This document shows positions 8,306-17,772 of a stretch of 57,931 bases of DNA, one piece after another. Origin of the DNA: Pyrodictiaceae archaeon (GTDB lineage: Archaea; Thermoproteota; Thermoprotei_A; Sulfolobales; WAQK01); the NCBI GenBank assembly GCA_015520265.1, contig WAQK01000027.1, forward strand, positions 1 to 57,931. Direction: 5' to 3'. Below the pieces are notes generated by a model. It did no database searches and was not told where the DNA came from. It saw only the letters and a list, made by a program, of their open reading frames with translations. Position 1 is the stretch's first letter; each line of letters starts with the position of its first letter. The position numbers and the translations under genes were made by a program.

Positions 8306-8668
8306 GTGATGAGGTGGTCCGGGATGAGCAAGATTTCAGAGGAGGAGTACAGGAAGGCTCTCCTCAAGATTGAGGAGAAGGAGCGTAAGGACCCGAAGAA
8401 GAAGTGGGTAAGCAGGATGATGAGGAGCGCCAAGCAGTACTACAAGCTCTGCCCCTACTACGACAAGAAGACAGGTGAGTGTTTCCAGAAGAAGTCTAAA
8501 GAGAAATACATGAACCTTGGAACCCCCGGTACAAGGTGTGACCGTGAAGGACGCTTCGACAACTGCCCTGTATTCATAGCCTATATAGAGGATGCGTATG
8601 ACGAGATAGCCAAGAGAGGCTTACAGCTCCCAATGGACTTCCAGGACCTCTCCTTGATGGCCATATAG
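8306..8668 (+). CDS. Hypothetical Lys/Glu-rich four-Cys protein
   Basis: 120 aa in the track; the likely true start is ATG 8324 (MSKISEEEY). Four Cys: CPYY..GEC..TRCD..DNCP. TATA-like 'aaatttatatatta' lies upstream and a T7 tract downstream. No family recognised. Confidence 0.5.
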   Translation: MMRWSGMSKISEEEYRKALLKIEEKERKDPKKKWVSRMMRSAKQYYKLCPYYDKKTGECFQKKSKEKYMNLGTPGTRCDREGRFDNCPVFIAYIEDAYDEIAKRGLQLPMDFQDLSLMAI

Positions 8669-8687
8669 GCTGGGCCCTGCACCAAGG

Positions 8688-8694
8688 TTTTTTT
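8688..8694 (+). terminator. Oligo-T tract (T7) downstream of the 8306-8668 gene
   Basis: 'ggttttttta' lies 20 nt after the stop codon. Archaeal RNA polymerase terminates at oligo-T tracts. Confidence 0.4.
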
Positions 8695-8724
8695 AGAAAA
8701 CATAAAAGCAGGAGTTAGGCTGGG

Positions 8725-9738
8725 CTAGCGGGGGAATTTCCTTATAATATAGTTGTACGCCGCATCTGCTGCGACAGCCCCCTCGGCCGCTGCTGTCACT
8801 ATCTGTTTGTACTTATTGCTGCCCGTGGTGCAGTCGCCTGCAGCGAATATTCCAGGGATGCTGGTGGACTGATCTGGGCCGACCTTAACATAGCCTTGCT
8901 CGTCGAGTTCGACCCCTATCCTCTCCAGGAACTCCCTGGGCGGGTCAGCGCCTATCTCCACGAAAAGTCCGTCCAGCTCGAGTTCCTCCAGCTCGCCAGT
9001 CTCCCTGTTCTTCAGCACCGCCTTACGTAGGAATGTGTCGCCCTCCAGCCTCTCGACCACGCGGCTCCACAGGATCTCTATCTTCGGGTTCTCCTCCAGC
9101 AACTTTCTATATATGGGCTGAGCCCTCAGCTCGTTCCTCCGGTGTATTAGGTATACCCTGGAGGCGTAGTCGGCTAGTAGTATGGCGGCGCTTGCAGCCG
9201 AGTCGCCGCCGCCCACCACGGCCACAACCTTGCCTCTGAAGAAGGGGGCGTCGCAGGGTGCACAGTAGCTGACCCCCTTGCCGGTGTACTCCTGCTCGCC
9301 GGGGACATTGAGCCTCCTCCTCTTGACGCCGACGGCCAGTATCACGGTCTTCGTCTTATAGGTTATACCCCTCTTGGTGCGGACCCTGAACTTCTCCCCG
9401 TCCCTCTCGATGGTCTCCACCTCGTCCATCTGGATGGGCACTTTGTAGTGGGCGACGTGGTCGGTGAACCTTTTCACCAGCTCCTGCCCCGTTATCCTGA
9501 TGAAGCCTGGATAGTTCTCCACGTACCCTGTCTCGCCCATCTGGCCGCCTATCTCGCCAGCTATCACCACAGTGTCCAGCATGTACCGGGCACTGTATAT
9601 GGCCGCCGTCAGCCCGGCGGGCCCGGAGCCCACTATGACCACGTCGTACTCCTTCTCAGCCTCCTTTGCCATAGCCTTCCGCGACAACATGCCTATCCTG
9701 AAACTCATATCTCTCCACCTCCGGCTACTACTTCCCAT
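8725..9738 (-). CDS. trxB: Thioredoxin reductase
   Basis: FAD motif 'VVIVGSGPAGLTAAIY', redox-active 'CAPCD' (CxxC), NADPH motif 'VAVVGGGDSAASAA', and 'GIFAAGDC'. The N-terminus in the track is probably over-extended; in-frame ATGs occur at 9708, 9690 and 9672. Confidence 0.85.
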   Translation of the reverse strand: MGSSSRRWRDMSFRIGMLSRKAMAKEAEKEYDVVIVGSGPAGLTAAIYSARYMLDTVVIAGEIGGQMGETGYVENYPGFIRITGQELVKRFTDHVAHYKVPIQMDEVETIERDGEKFRVRTKRGITYKTKTVILAVGVKRRRLNVPGEQEYTGKGVSYCAPCDAPFFRGKVVAVVGGGDSAASAAILLADYASRVYLIHRRNELRAQPIYRKLLEENPKIEILWSRVVERLEGDTFLRKAVLKNRETGELEELELDGLFVEIGADPPREFLERIGVELDEQGYVKVGPDQSTSIPGIFAAGDCTTGSNKYKQIVTAAAEGAVAADAAYNYIIRKFPR

Positions 9739-9762
9739 GGTTCAAAGTTTGCCGCGGTTTAT

Positions 9763-11358
9763 CTATTTGCCTCTTAGAGCCAGCTTCCCCAGCCTCCTGG
9801 CCAGCTCCTCGTCGCCCAGGTGTACGGCTTTGCCCCCCACAAGCGTCGCCAGGCTCACGGTTCCTCTAAGCTTGGCCGGGCCAGCATTGAAGGGATCTCG
9901 GTCCAGCACGGCTAGATCGGCGGCGCAGCCCGGCTCCAGGCACCCAAGAAAGCCTTCCTCCATCGAGGCCGCTGCTGAACCGGCTGTATACATGGTTAAA
10001 GCCTCCTCCACGCCAAGCTTTTCGCGGGGCGTGAGGCTGGAGAGGGGGAGACCCTCGGGCTCGCCCCTGGTTACCGCTGCGTAGACGCCCAGCCAGGGGT
10101 TAGGCTCTTCCACAGGTGCGTCGCTGGATGCTGCCAGCCGGACGCCGGCTTCTAAGAGGCTTCTGAAGGGATATGCGTGTTCGGCCCTCTCGCCAAGCCT
10201 CTCCACTATCCATTCATCCGACAAGACGAACTGAGGCTGCACTACAACCACGGGCCCGATCCTGGCTAAGCGCGTCCGCAGGTCTGGGGGTGCCAGAGAC
10301 GCGTGTTCCACTCTCAACGCAGGACCCGTGACGCCGACCTTCTCCGCCGCTTCCAGCACCTGCTCGAGGGCTCTATCCCCTATGGCGTGGAAGGAGCCCT
10401 GAAAGCCGGAGTCACGTACCAGAACCATGTATTCCAGGATCTCGTCGAAGGTGTAGTTCATTACGCCGGTGTTGGAGGGGTCGTCGCTGTAAGGCCTCCT
10501 GAGCGCCGCTGTGCGGGCCCCCAGGCTCCCATCCGTGAGGATCTTGATCCCCATGATCTTCAACCACTCGTCCCCGAACCCTGCCCTGAGCCCCAGACCC
10601 TCCAGGTGCCCGGCAATGCCCGGCTCAACGTAGATTCTGACTCTTGCAACGGATTCTACCAGTTGGAGGGCCTGAACCTCCACCCTCCGGGCATATAGCG
10701 TATGTATCCCCGTCACGCCGAGGCCTGCCAGGCTCCTCAGCGTCTTCTCGATGTACTGTGCAAGCGTCCCAGGGCTGGGCTCCGGTGCTTTACGTGCCAC
10801 GTATTCCGCAGCCGCCTCGCGGAGGACGCCGGTAGGTCTGCCCTGCTCGTCGAGCTCGACTCCCGGCACCCTGTGGGGGTCTTCGAGTAGCCCTGCAGCC
10901 CTCAGCGCTGCTGTGTTGGCCACGGCTACATGGCCGCAGACCCTATAAAGAAGAGTGGGGCGGCTACCCGTCACCGGGTCCAGGTCCCACCTGGTGGGCG
11001 GCCTCCCCTCCTCCAGCCTCTCCTGGTCCCAGCCCCTGCCCAGGATCCATGTCTCTCCCCGGTTAACCCTGCCTCTGAGCAGCTTCTTTATCTCCTCTAT
11101 GCTTCTGGCACTGTGTAGGTCCACGTATGCCTCCTTCGCCTTAGCGAGGCTGGCAAGGTGGATGTGGGCGTCTATCAGTCCGGGCACCACTGTTCTCCCG
11201 TCGAGGTCGATGACGGTGTACCCATATCTCGATCCGTACTCCTCGACGCTGGACTGGCTGCCGACAACCTCCACGCGTCCCCCGTGTAGTGCCAGGGCCT
11301 CAAACCTTTTGCCGGGGGGACTCCAGATGTACGCGTTGGTCAGAACATATCCCGGCAA
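9763..11358 (-). CDS. Amidohydrolase-family metal-dependent hydrolase (Amidohydro_3/YtcJ-like)
   Basis: 531 aa. Contains 'VVPGLIDAHIHL' (HxH metal site), 'SFHAIGD' and 'SSDAPV'. Confidence 0.7.
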   Translation of the reverse strand: MPGYVLTNAYIWSPPGKRFEALALHGGRVEVVGSQSSVEEYGSRYGYTVIDLDGRTVVPGLIDAHIHLASLAKAKEAYVDLHSARSIEEIKKLLRGRVNRGETWILGRGWDQERLEEGRPPTRWDLDPVTGSRPTLLYRVCGHVAVANTAALRAAGLLEDPHRVPGVELDEQGRPTGVLREAAAEYVARKAPEPSPGTLAQYIEKTLRSLAGLGVTGIHTLYARRVEVQALQLVESVARVRIYVEPGIAGHLEGLGLRAGFGDEWLKIMGIKILTDGSLGARTAALRRPYSDDPSNTGVMNYTFDEILEYMVLVRDSGFQGSFHAIGDRALEQVLEAAEKVGVTGPALRVEHASLAPPDLRTRLARIGPVVVVQPQFVLSDEWIVERLGERAEHAYPFRSLLEAGVRLAASSDAPVEEPNPWLGVYAAVTRGEPEGLPLSSLTPREKLGVEEALTMYTAGSAAASMEEGFLGCLEPGCAADLAVLDRDPFNAGPAKLRGTVSLATLVGGKAVHLGDEELARRLGKLALRGK

Positions 11359-11372
11359 CCCGTCTCACCCAG

Positions 11373-12212
11373 CTAGAAGTCCCTGGTCTCGTACACCCTC
11401 TTGACCGCCAGGAACAGTGCAACCATGGTAGCGACGGCCTCGAGGCTCATAGGTAGGTAGTACCTGTTAATGAGCTCCGGGTCCGTGAGTGTGGCCAGGA
11501 TGCCTGTCCCTGTGAACCTAGCATACGTTGCCAACGGCCAGTCGGCGATGCTTATGATGGGTGTCAGCATCATGACCTTTGTGAAGGCTCTTCCAGCCTC
11601 CTGGGGGTTGCCTATCACGGCTATGGATACTATGGTTACCGCTATCCCTAGCCCCATGTAGATGGCTACAGCGCCAAGGATGGCGGATGTGGCCTTACCG
11701 CTGACGGCCCCCAGGAGGGCTGCTAGAAGGGCGAAGGCCAGCGTCGACGCCAAGGAGACTACCACTATTATGGGCGCGTACTCGGCGTTGGCCAGGCCGC
11801 CGCCTGCCAGGAGGGCCCCAGTCATCGATAGGAGCGTCGCCACAACATAGTAGGCTGCGAACAGCAACGTGAGGGCTAGGAGCTTGCCTACCACTACCTG
11901 TGCCCTTGAAACGGGCTTGGACAGGAGGAGGCCCACGCTCTTATCCTCCACCTCGGAAGCATAAAGGTCCCCGCCGAAGAGGACCCCGACTATCCACAAG
12001 AAGCTAAGTGGAGTGGTCAGGGCCGCTCCATAGACGTTGGCGCCCAGCAGCGCTGCCCATAGGTCCTCGCGCTCCAAGATCTCCCAACCCATCACTCTTA
12101 TCAGGATCCCCACGATGAGGGGCATCAGCGCCAGGAGAACCAGTAGGTAGAAGGACTTCTTCCTCCTCATCCTGGCGAACTCGTAGCCTAGGACGGCCTT
12201 TAACCAGCCCAC
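11373..12212 (-). CDS. ABC-2 type transporter permease
   Basis: 279 aa with about six hydrophobic helices. Overlaps the upstream ABC ATPase gene by 13 nt. Confidence 0.65.
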   Translation of the reverse strand: MGWLKAVLGYEFARMRRKKSFYLLVLLALMPLIVGILIRVMGWEILEREDLWAALLGANVYGAALTTPLSFLWIVGVLFGGDLYASEVEDKSVGLLLSKPVSRAQVVVGKLLALTLLFAAYYVVATLLSMTGALLAGGGLANAEYAPIIVVVSLASTLAFALLAALLGAVSGKATSAILGAVAIYMGLGIAVTIVSIAVIGNPQEAGRAFTKVMMLTPIISIADWPLATYARFTGTGILATLTDPELINRYYLPMSLEAVATMVALFLAVKRVYETRDF

Positions 12213-13147
12213 TGCTCCCCACCCCTCACGAGTTTTAGGAATGCCTCTTCTAGGCTGGGCTCCAGGCGTTTAAGTTCCCGGATCCCCAGGCCCGCTGCTA
12301 CCAGCGCCCTTGAAACCTCCGAACTCCTATCCTCGCCGGGCAACAGCTTAACCCTGAGCCTTGTCCTGGTGACCCGTTCGACACTCTCCACGAAGGGGAT
12401 GTCCCTGAGCACCTCTATGGCCGCCTCTGCCTCCCCCTCAACCTCTACTATGAGCACCTCGCCGACCGAGACGTGTTGCTTTAGCTCATCGACACTGCCG
12501 CTGAAGAGGACCCTGCCCCTATAGAGGAGGGTCACGTTGTCGGAGAGGTCCTCGGCCTCCTTGAGAAGATGTGTATTCATGAGCACCGCTGCGCCCCTCC
12601 TAGCCTCATCCCTGATTATCCTCCTTACAAGGTCCATCCCCTCCGGATCCAGGCCGAGGAGGGGCTCGTCGAGGACCAGGATGTCGGGCTCGTGCATTAT
12701 GGCCTGGGCCAGTGTGAGCCTCTGAACCTGCCCTTTGCTCAGGGTTGCCACGGCCCGGCCCCTCAGGTCGGAGAGCCCCACGGTTTCCAGCGCCCTGGAC
12801 ACCGCTGACGGGATCTCGGCCTCAGGGATCCCGTAGAGGCCTGCATATTTTTCCAGGACCTCGCCGACCCTGGCCCATCTGGGCAGCTGCGGGAGCTCGG
12901 GCATATAGCCGACATGTCTGCGAAGCCTATACCCCTTCGGGGACAACGCGTCCTCACCCATGATCCTGACGGAGCCCCTGTCGGGCTTTACCAGGCCCAT
13001 TACTATCTTGACGGTCGTGGACTTGCCGGCCCCGTTGGGGCCTAGAAGGGCACGTATCTCGCCCCCCTCCAGGGTCAGGGAGACGCCGCTAAGCGCCTGG
13101 ACGGCGCCATATCTTTTCCAGAGATCCGCTACTTCCAGCATGTACAA
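12200..13147 (-). CDS. ABC transporter ATP-binding protein
   Basis: 315 aa. Walker A GPNGAGKST, signature LSKGQVQR, Walker B LVLDEP. Confidence 0.85.
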   Translation of the reverse strand: MYMLEVADLWKRYGAVQALSGVSLTLEGGEIRALLGPNGAGKSTTVKIVMGLVKPDRGSVRIMGEDALSPKGYRLRRHVGYMPELPQLPRWARVGEVLEKYAGLYGIPEAEIPSAVSRALETVGLSDLRGRAVATLSKGQVQRLTLAQAIMHEPDILVLDEPLLGLDPEGMDLVRRIIRDEARRGAAVLMNTHLLKEAEDLSDNVTLLYRGRVLFSGSVDELKQHVSVGEVLIVEVEGEAEAAIEVLRDIPFVESVERVTRTRLRVKLLPGEDRSSEVSRALVAAGLGIRELKRLEPSLEEAFLKLVRGGEQWAG

Positions 13148-13185
13148 CCGCTACACCTTGGATCCCTGTAGTAGTGGACCCGGAT

Positions 13186-13890
13186 TTATCGGTTTGCATC
13201 TGCGGCACCCTTCACGCACAGTTTCGCCGAATAGATCACGTATACCCACTCATAGGGGCCGCGCCTCCTGACCTCGCCCTCTACTTCGATGCGCTTGGAG
13301 AAGAGGGGGGCGTCGATCACCAGGGTTTCGGCCTCTCCGCCCTCCAACGCTGGGTTGAACCCGTATCTCTCGGCCAGGTTAATTATTTTCTCAACATCGT
13401 GGGTTTCGAGAGGCCTTCCGAGAAGAGACGGGTCCAGCCCCATGGCCGATACTGAGAGAAGCATGAACCTGAACCCGTCCTCCACCAGCCAGCGCATGTA
13501 GCTCGCCTGATCCTTCCTCCAGAGAGGCGTATAGCTCTTCAATCCCAACGACTCCGCCACCAGGCTTATCCTCATCCGCTGGTAATCTGACAGCAGTGCA
13601 CCAGCCACCACGCCGTCTATACTGTACTTGTCCTGCGCCAGCATGAGGGCTTCCTTGAGGTCCTCCAGCTCTTTTTCCTTCTCGCCGCTGGTCTCAACCA
13701 TGATCTGAGGGAGGCCCAGCGCCTCGGCCTGAAGCCTGGTGAGCTCTATCCCAGGGTAGTGGAACATCCAGGAATCCTCCCTAGCTGGCTTAAGCGTGAC
13801 CAGGCACTCTACCTGGAAGCCGTGGAGGAATGCCCAGTGCAGCGCATAGTTGCTGTCCTTCCCTCCCGAGTAGAGGACGCAGACACGCAA
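13186..13890 (-). CDS. dph6: Diphthine-ammonia ligase-like PP-loop ATPase (MJ0570/Dph6 family)
   Basis: 234 aa, TTG start. Contains 'VLYSGGKDS' and 'EGGEAETLV', which are characteristic of the MJ0570-type ATP pyrophosphatase domain. Confidence 0.7.
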   Translation of the reverse strand: MRVCVLYSGGKDSNYALHWAFLHGFQVECLVTLKPAREDSWMFHYPGIELTRLQAEALGLPQIMVETSGEKEKELEDLKEALMLAQDKYSIDGVVAGALLSDYQRMRISLVAESLGLKSYTPLWRKDQASYMRWLVEDGFRFMLLSVSAMGLDPSLLGRPLETHDVEKIINLAERYGFNPALEGGEAETLVIDAPLFSKRIEVEGEVRRRGPYEWVYVIYSAKLCVKGAADANR

Positions 13891-13931
13891 ACGGGCACCG
13901 CCACCACGTGTGGTTGAAGGGAGGGAAAAAG

Positions 13932-14591
13932 CTAGGCCTCCCTGTATACCTGGTAGAACGCTGTCGTGAGGATCACGGAGGCGACGAACTCAAGTAGGTA
14001 GAAGACGTCCACCTGCCCCCTCCTTATGGCTCCGCCAGCGATCATCATCACGATGCTGGCCAGGGGTATGAGAAGCGCGTGTAGCCGCTTCTCCTTCCTG
14101 GCATAGTAGTACAACGGCACCACGATGGTGAAGAGGCCGCTGGGCACCGTGAGGAGCGGCGAGAAACGCCTCACCTCATCGGGCATGGCTCGGCCGCCGA
14201 CAAACACGTCTGAGAGGGCCTCCGTGTTCAGCTCAGCCGACGCCACGGCCGCCAGGAGTAGGAGGGACACGACTGCGGTGTAGGCTAGGTACAGCTGGAG
14301 CCCCCTGCCGCCCATCCAGCGGTAGATGTATAGGCTGACAACGCCGAGGCCCAGCAGGGCCACCTGTATGGGCGATATGGCGTAGTAGAACTTGTAGTGG
14401 AACCACCCCCAGCCTCCCCTAAGGGCCGCCAGGAACTCGGCTCCCGCGCCCAATGCGTAGAGGAGCATGCTCAGAGCCAGGAGGGGAAGTGCGTAGGACC
14501 TCCTCTTACCGGCAGCGGCCACCAAGAGGCCGGTCGAAACCAGCGCGAAGAACGTTGAGAGGCCGGTGACATATTCCAGCACTGGATCCAC
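13932..14591 (-). CDS. Hypothetical polytopic membrane protein
   Basis: 219 aa with about six hydrophobic helices. No family recognised. Confidence 0.5.
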   Translation of the reverse strand: MDPVLEYVTGLSTFFALVSTGLLVAAAGKRRSYALPLLALSMLLYALGAGAEFLAALRGGWGWFHYKFYYAISPIQVALLGLGVVSLYIYRWMGGRGLQLYLAYTAVVSLLLLAAVASAELNTEALSDVFVGGRAMPDEVRRFSPLLTVPSGLFTIVVPLYYYARKEKRLHALLIPLASIVMMIAGGAIRRGQVDVFYLLEFVASVILTTAFYQVYREA

Positions 14592-14641
14592 CCTAAATAG
14601 AAGCGTGGCTATGGGACATAAACCTAGTGTTTATACTGTAC

Positions 14642-15841
14642 CTACTCCTCCTCTTCCTCTACCACTATGAACCCGTGGCTGTGCAGCCTCCGCATCACGT
14701 CCTCCTCGGTCTCCGCATAGTACTTGACCACCAGCTCGTCCCCAGGCTCTATGAGGTGGCTGTCAGGTGGTAGGGGGTGCCAGCGTCCCCTGTGCTTTAT
14801 CGCCACGACTATTGCTCCCAGCTCGTCCAGCTCCAGGCTTCCCACGGTTGTAGGCTGCTCGGCCACCGCTTTGAGCACCTGCTCTACGCTCTCCTCCTCA
14901 GCAGTCTCTATGATCTCGTGAATGGGGAGCCCCGAGGCTATGATATTGGCCATCTCCGTGGCAGCGTCCCCTATCTCCTCGAAGGCCTCTCCCAGCTTGA
15001 GGAGCCCCACAGCGCCGGACGGGTCGCTGGGCGCTATGGCCGCGGACACCATTTCCAGGTACTTGTATATGGCATCGTCCATGGTTTCCTCGAGCTCCAG
15101 GACCTCGAGGGCCGCGCTCCTGTCGCTCCAGATCACGGAGTGGAAGGCGAGGTCCAGCATGACGTCGCTCAGGTCCTTGAGGAAGGCTATTTTCTCGGCT
15201 ATCTCGTTCTCGGCTGGCCTCATCTCGGCAGGGCTGGGAAGCCTGTCGCCGGCTGCTTCGGCTATGTCTTCCAATATCTCCCTGGTCCCCCTCACAATGA
15301 TCACGTCGCCCTCCCTCAGCACTATGGAGGGCGGCGGCTTCAACAGCCACCTATTGTCCCTCCTAAGCATCATTATCATGGCTATACCCTTCCTACCTAG
15401 CACCCCGGCTATGCTGGAGCCGTCGAGCCTGGAGCCCCTTCTCACCTCTATCCGGGCCATGACCTCCTCGCCCCGCAGTAGCCCGGCCCTCACGGCGTCG
15501 TGAATGGCCATCTCCCTCACGACGAGGCTCGCCACGTCGGCCGCCGCGTCGCTGACCTTGTCTAGGGCGTTCCCCACCCTGAAGACGCTGACCATCTCCT
15601 CCGCGTCCTTGGCGTCCCTCACCGCCAGGCTTGCCTGCATTACCAGGAGGCTCCACATCCTGTCTATGTGGTCCTCAACGTTGAGGACCTCGTAGGCTAT
15701 CCTCTTGTCGCCGTATATGGCGGAGAAGTAGGCCAGGTCCAGCATTATGCTGGCGTAGTTCTTCATGTCGAGGAGAAGCTTCCGGACCGGGACAGGCTCG
15801 TACTCCACCTGTTTCGGCATCCTAAAGGGCAACTCCTGCAT
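14642..15841 (-). CDS. TrkA-C (RCK_C) / PhoU-like domain regulatory protein
   Basis: 399 aa. An internal duplication: a helical PhoU-like segment followed by a TrkA-C-like beta domain ('VLREGDVIIVRG'; 'LIEPGDELVVKY'). Confidence 0.6.
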   Translation of the reverse strand: MQELPFRMPKQVEYEPVPVRKLLLDMKNYASIMLDLAYFSAIYGDKRIAYEVLNVEDHIDRMWSLLVMQASLAVRDAKDAEEMVSVFRVGNALDKVSDAAADVASLVVREMAIHDAVRAGLLRGEEVMARIEVRRGSRLDGSSIAGVLGRKGIAMIMMLRRDNRWLLKPPPSIVLREGDVIIVRGTREILEDIAEAAGDRLPSPAEMRPAENEIAEKIAFLKDLSDVMLDLAFHSVIWSDRSAALEVLELEETMDDAIYKYLEMVSAAIAPSDPSGAVGLLKLGEAFEEIGDAATEMANIIASGLPIHEIIETAEEESVEQVLKAVAEQPTTVGSLELDELGAIVVAIKHRGRWHPLPPDSHLIEPGDELVVKYYAETEEDVMRRLHSHGFIVVEEEEE

Positions 15842-15927
15842 CGACCTCTGTGCAGGATTTAACCTTGTTCTCCCGGGGTATTATATGGCCCCTGTTTTAA
15901 AACCTTGATCCTATGTAGGGAAAGGAG

Positions 15928-17034
15928 CTAGGAGATCCTGTAGCGGAGGACTCCCACGAGGCCTTGGAAGGTTTTCCTGAGCCACTCACCCTCTGGTAGC
16001 GTGTCGCTTATCAGGTACACCTTAGCCCCAGTCTTCTTAGCTAGGTCTTCCAGCTCGTCGATGTCTCCCCTCTCCTCGTCCACTATGATGAATTTGACCG
16101 CCCCCATCTTGAGGGCCTCTTTGATCTCCCGTTCACCGTAGATGGCGAGGCCATCGTCCTTGGCCAGGTGTAGCTTAAACTCCTCCACCGCCTTGGCCGT
16201 CTCCATGTAGCGCTGGCCCTTAATGGTGTCGCCAGCCTTCTGCACCATCTCGCTGAGGCCCGCCCAGCCCTGGTAGGAAACGTCTATGAGGGGTCTCAGG
16301 ATCTTCTGTTGGAGCCTGTAGTCTAGATACTTGCCCTCCAGGAAGTCTTGCTTTGAGTATGCGGGCCCGCCCACCAGGATCCCCTTAAGCACGCCCTTCT
16401 CCAGGTAGGGTAGGAATGCCTTGTTGGCGTGTTCGCCGACTCTCTTGTAGAAGTTGTCCACCATCTGCTCTATTATCCTGCTGTACCTTCGCTGGCTCTG
16501 GCCCCCCCTCTGGTGTTTTCCAGGTATGTAGTCGCTCAGCTCCTCCAGGACTACTAGTCTATTGCCCTTCAGGAGGCCCAGGGTGGCCTGGTCTCTCTCC
16601 ACTATTATAAGGCCGTAGACCTCGTTCTCCTCCACCATGTCCTCGAGGAACTCGGTGTGGAACATCTTGTCGGTCCTGTAGAAGTATATGGGCACAGGCT
16701 CGGGCGGCGAGAACATGAGGCAGACGAAGTCCTTGGTCTGCATGTCCTCGCCGCAGAATATCACGAGGCCGTTGGGCGGGACCTTGCTGAGCATGGATAG
16801 TCGGTCCATTGCCGATTTGAGGGCCCTCTGCACGGCTTCACGGGTCTGCTTCAGCTTGATGTTGTCGGTTATGCTGAACTCCTGTCTCAGCATGCTCATA
16901 ACGTCGCTGATAGGCCTCCCCGGAGGTATGTATAGGCTGAGCAACACGGTGGCCGGGGCCTTCCACTTCTTAAGCTCCCTGAGCAGCTGCTTCAGCCTCC
17001 TCCGGTCTATGGTAAGCTTGTCGCTGAGCGACAA
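15928..17034 (-). CDS. prf1: Peptide chain release factor aRF1
   Basis: 368 aa. Contains '[15 protein letters not shown]' and the GGQ motif '[13 protein letters not shown]'. 'DNIKL' and 'YFYRTDKMF' sit where the NIKS and YxCxxxF motifs are expected. Confidence 0.85.
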   Translation of the reverse strand: MSLSDKLTIDRRRLKQLLRELKKWKAPATVLLSLYIPPGRPISDVMSMLRQEFSITDNIKLKQTREAVQRALKSAMDRLSMLSKVPPNGLVIFCGEDMQTKDFVCLMFSPPEPVPIYFYRTDKMFHTEFLEDMVEENEVYGLIIVERDQATLGLLKGNRLVVLEELSDYIPGKHQRGGQSQRRYSRIIEQMVDNFYKRVGEHANKAFLPYLEKGVLKGILVGGPAYSKQDFLEGKYLDYRLQQKILRPLIDVSYQGWAGLSEMVQKAGDTIKGQRYMETAKAVEEFKLHLAKDDGLAIYGEREIKEALKMGAVKFIIVDEERGDIDELEDLAKKTGAKVYLISDTLPEGEWLRKTFQGLVGVLRYRIS

Positions 17035-17061
17035 TGCTACACACCTGGGTCACCGAACACG

Positions 17062-17733
17062 TTGAGGGATTATATAGGTTTTAGATTAGGCCCTCCGGGC
17101 TGGCCAAGAAATATATTCCGCCCAGCCACACTATGCTGGGAGGCCCTGTTGGGTTACGTGGAGCTGCTCGACAGGATCAACAGGTCGGAGGTAGCCGCGC
17201 TGGGCCTAGCTGTGCTGGCAATAGCCGCCGCGTGGCTAGGCCCCCTGCCCCCCAGCAACCCGAGGGTGCTTGCAGGCTACGCGGTTGTGATAGTTGTAGC
17301 CGTGTTGGTCCACGAGCTGGCCCACCGCCAGGTGGCCAGGAGGTACGGTTGCGGAGCAAGATTCGTGCTGGATCCCCGCGGCTTCCTCTTGACACTGGTA
17401 TCGGCCTTCCTCCCCTTCAAGATACTGGCACCCGGCTACGTGGGGATAGTTTGCTGGGGCTTCGCACCCTACGGGAGGGGTGACCCCGAGCTAAGCATAG
17501 CTGCAGCCGGGCCCCTCAGCAACATAGTCCTCGGCATGGCAGCCAGGCTGACAGCCGGGATCGCGGGCGGCTACTCCTGGCTGCTTGTCAACGCAGCAGC
17601 ACTTAACGGGTGGCTCGCAGTCTTCAACCTCCTGCCCTTCCCGCCCCTCGACGGCTCCAAGGTGATTAGGAGGAGTCCTGGGCTCTGGGCCCTCATGATG
17701 CTCGCAGCGGCGCTGGTCATGCTGGGTGTGTGA
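17062..17733 (+). CDS. Site-2 protease family (M50) membrane metalloprotease
   Basis: 223 aa. HExxH 'HELAH' lies within a hydrophobic helix, and the second motif is 'NLLPFPPLDG'. Confidence 0.75.
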   Translation: MRDYIGFRLGPPGWPRNIFRPATLCWEALLGYVELLDRINRSEVAALGLAVLAIAAAWLGPLPPSNPRVLAGYAVVIVVAVLVHELAHRQVARRYGCGARFVLDPRGFLLTLVSAFLPFKILAPGYVGIVCWGFAPYGRGDPELSIAAAGPLSNIVLGMAARLTAGIAGGYSWLLVNAAALNGWLAVFNLLPFPPLDGSKVIRRSPGLWALMMLAAALVMLGV

Positions 17734-17772
17734 ACCAGAAAAGTTTTCTAAGCACGGCGTCGAACAATATAC

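Noticed and set aside
8667-8725. A 9-nt direct repeat AGGCTGGGC at 8667-8675 and 8717-8725, next to the stop codons of two convergent genes.
   Set aside because: There are only two short copies in GC-rich DNA. This is compatible with chance and no associated element is present.
14777-15503. A cluster of long overlapping ORFs (14777-15400 +, 14898-15350 -, 14922-15503 +) inside the TrkA-C/PhoU gene.
   Set aside because: Their compositions are biased towards Ser/Ala/Leu or Arg/Gly/Pro and they lack motifs. The annotated frame has a coherent duplicated domain structure.
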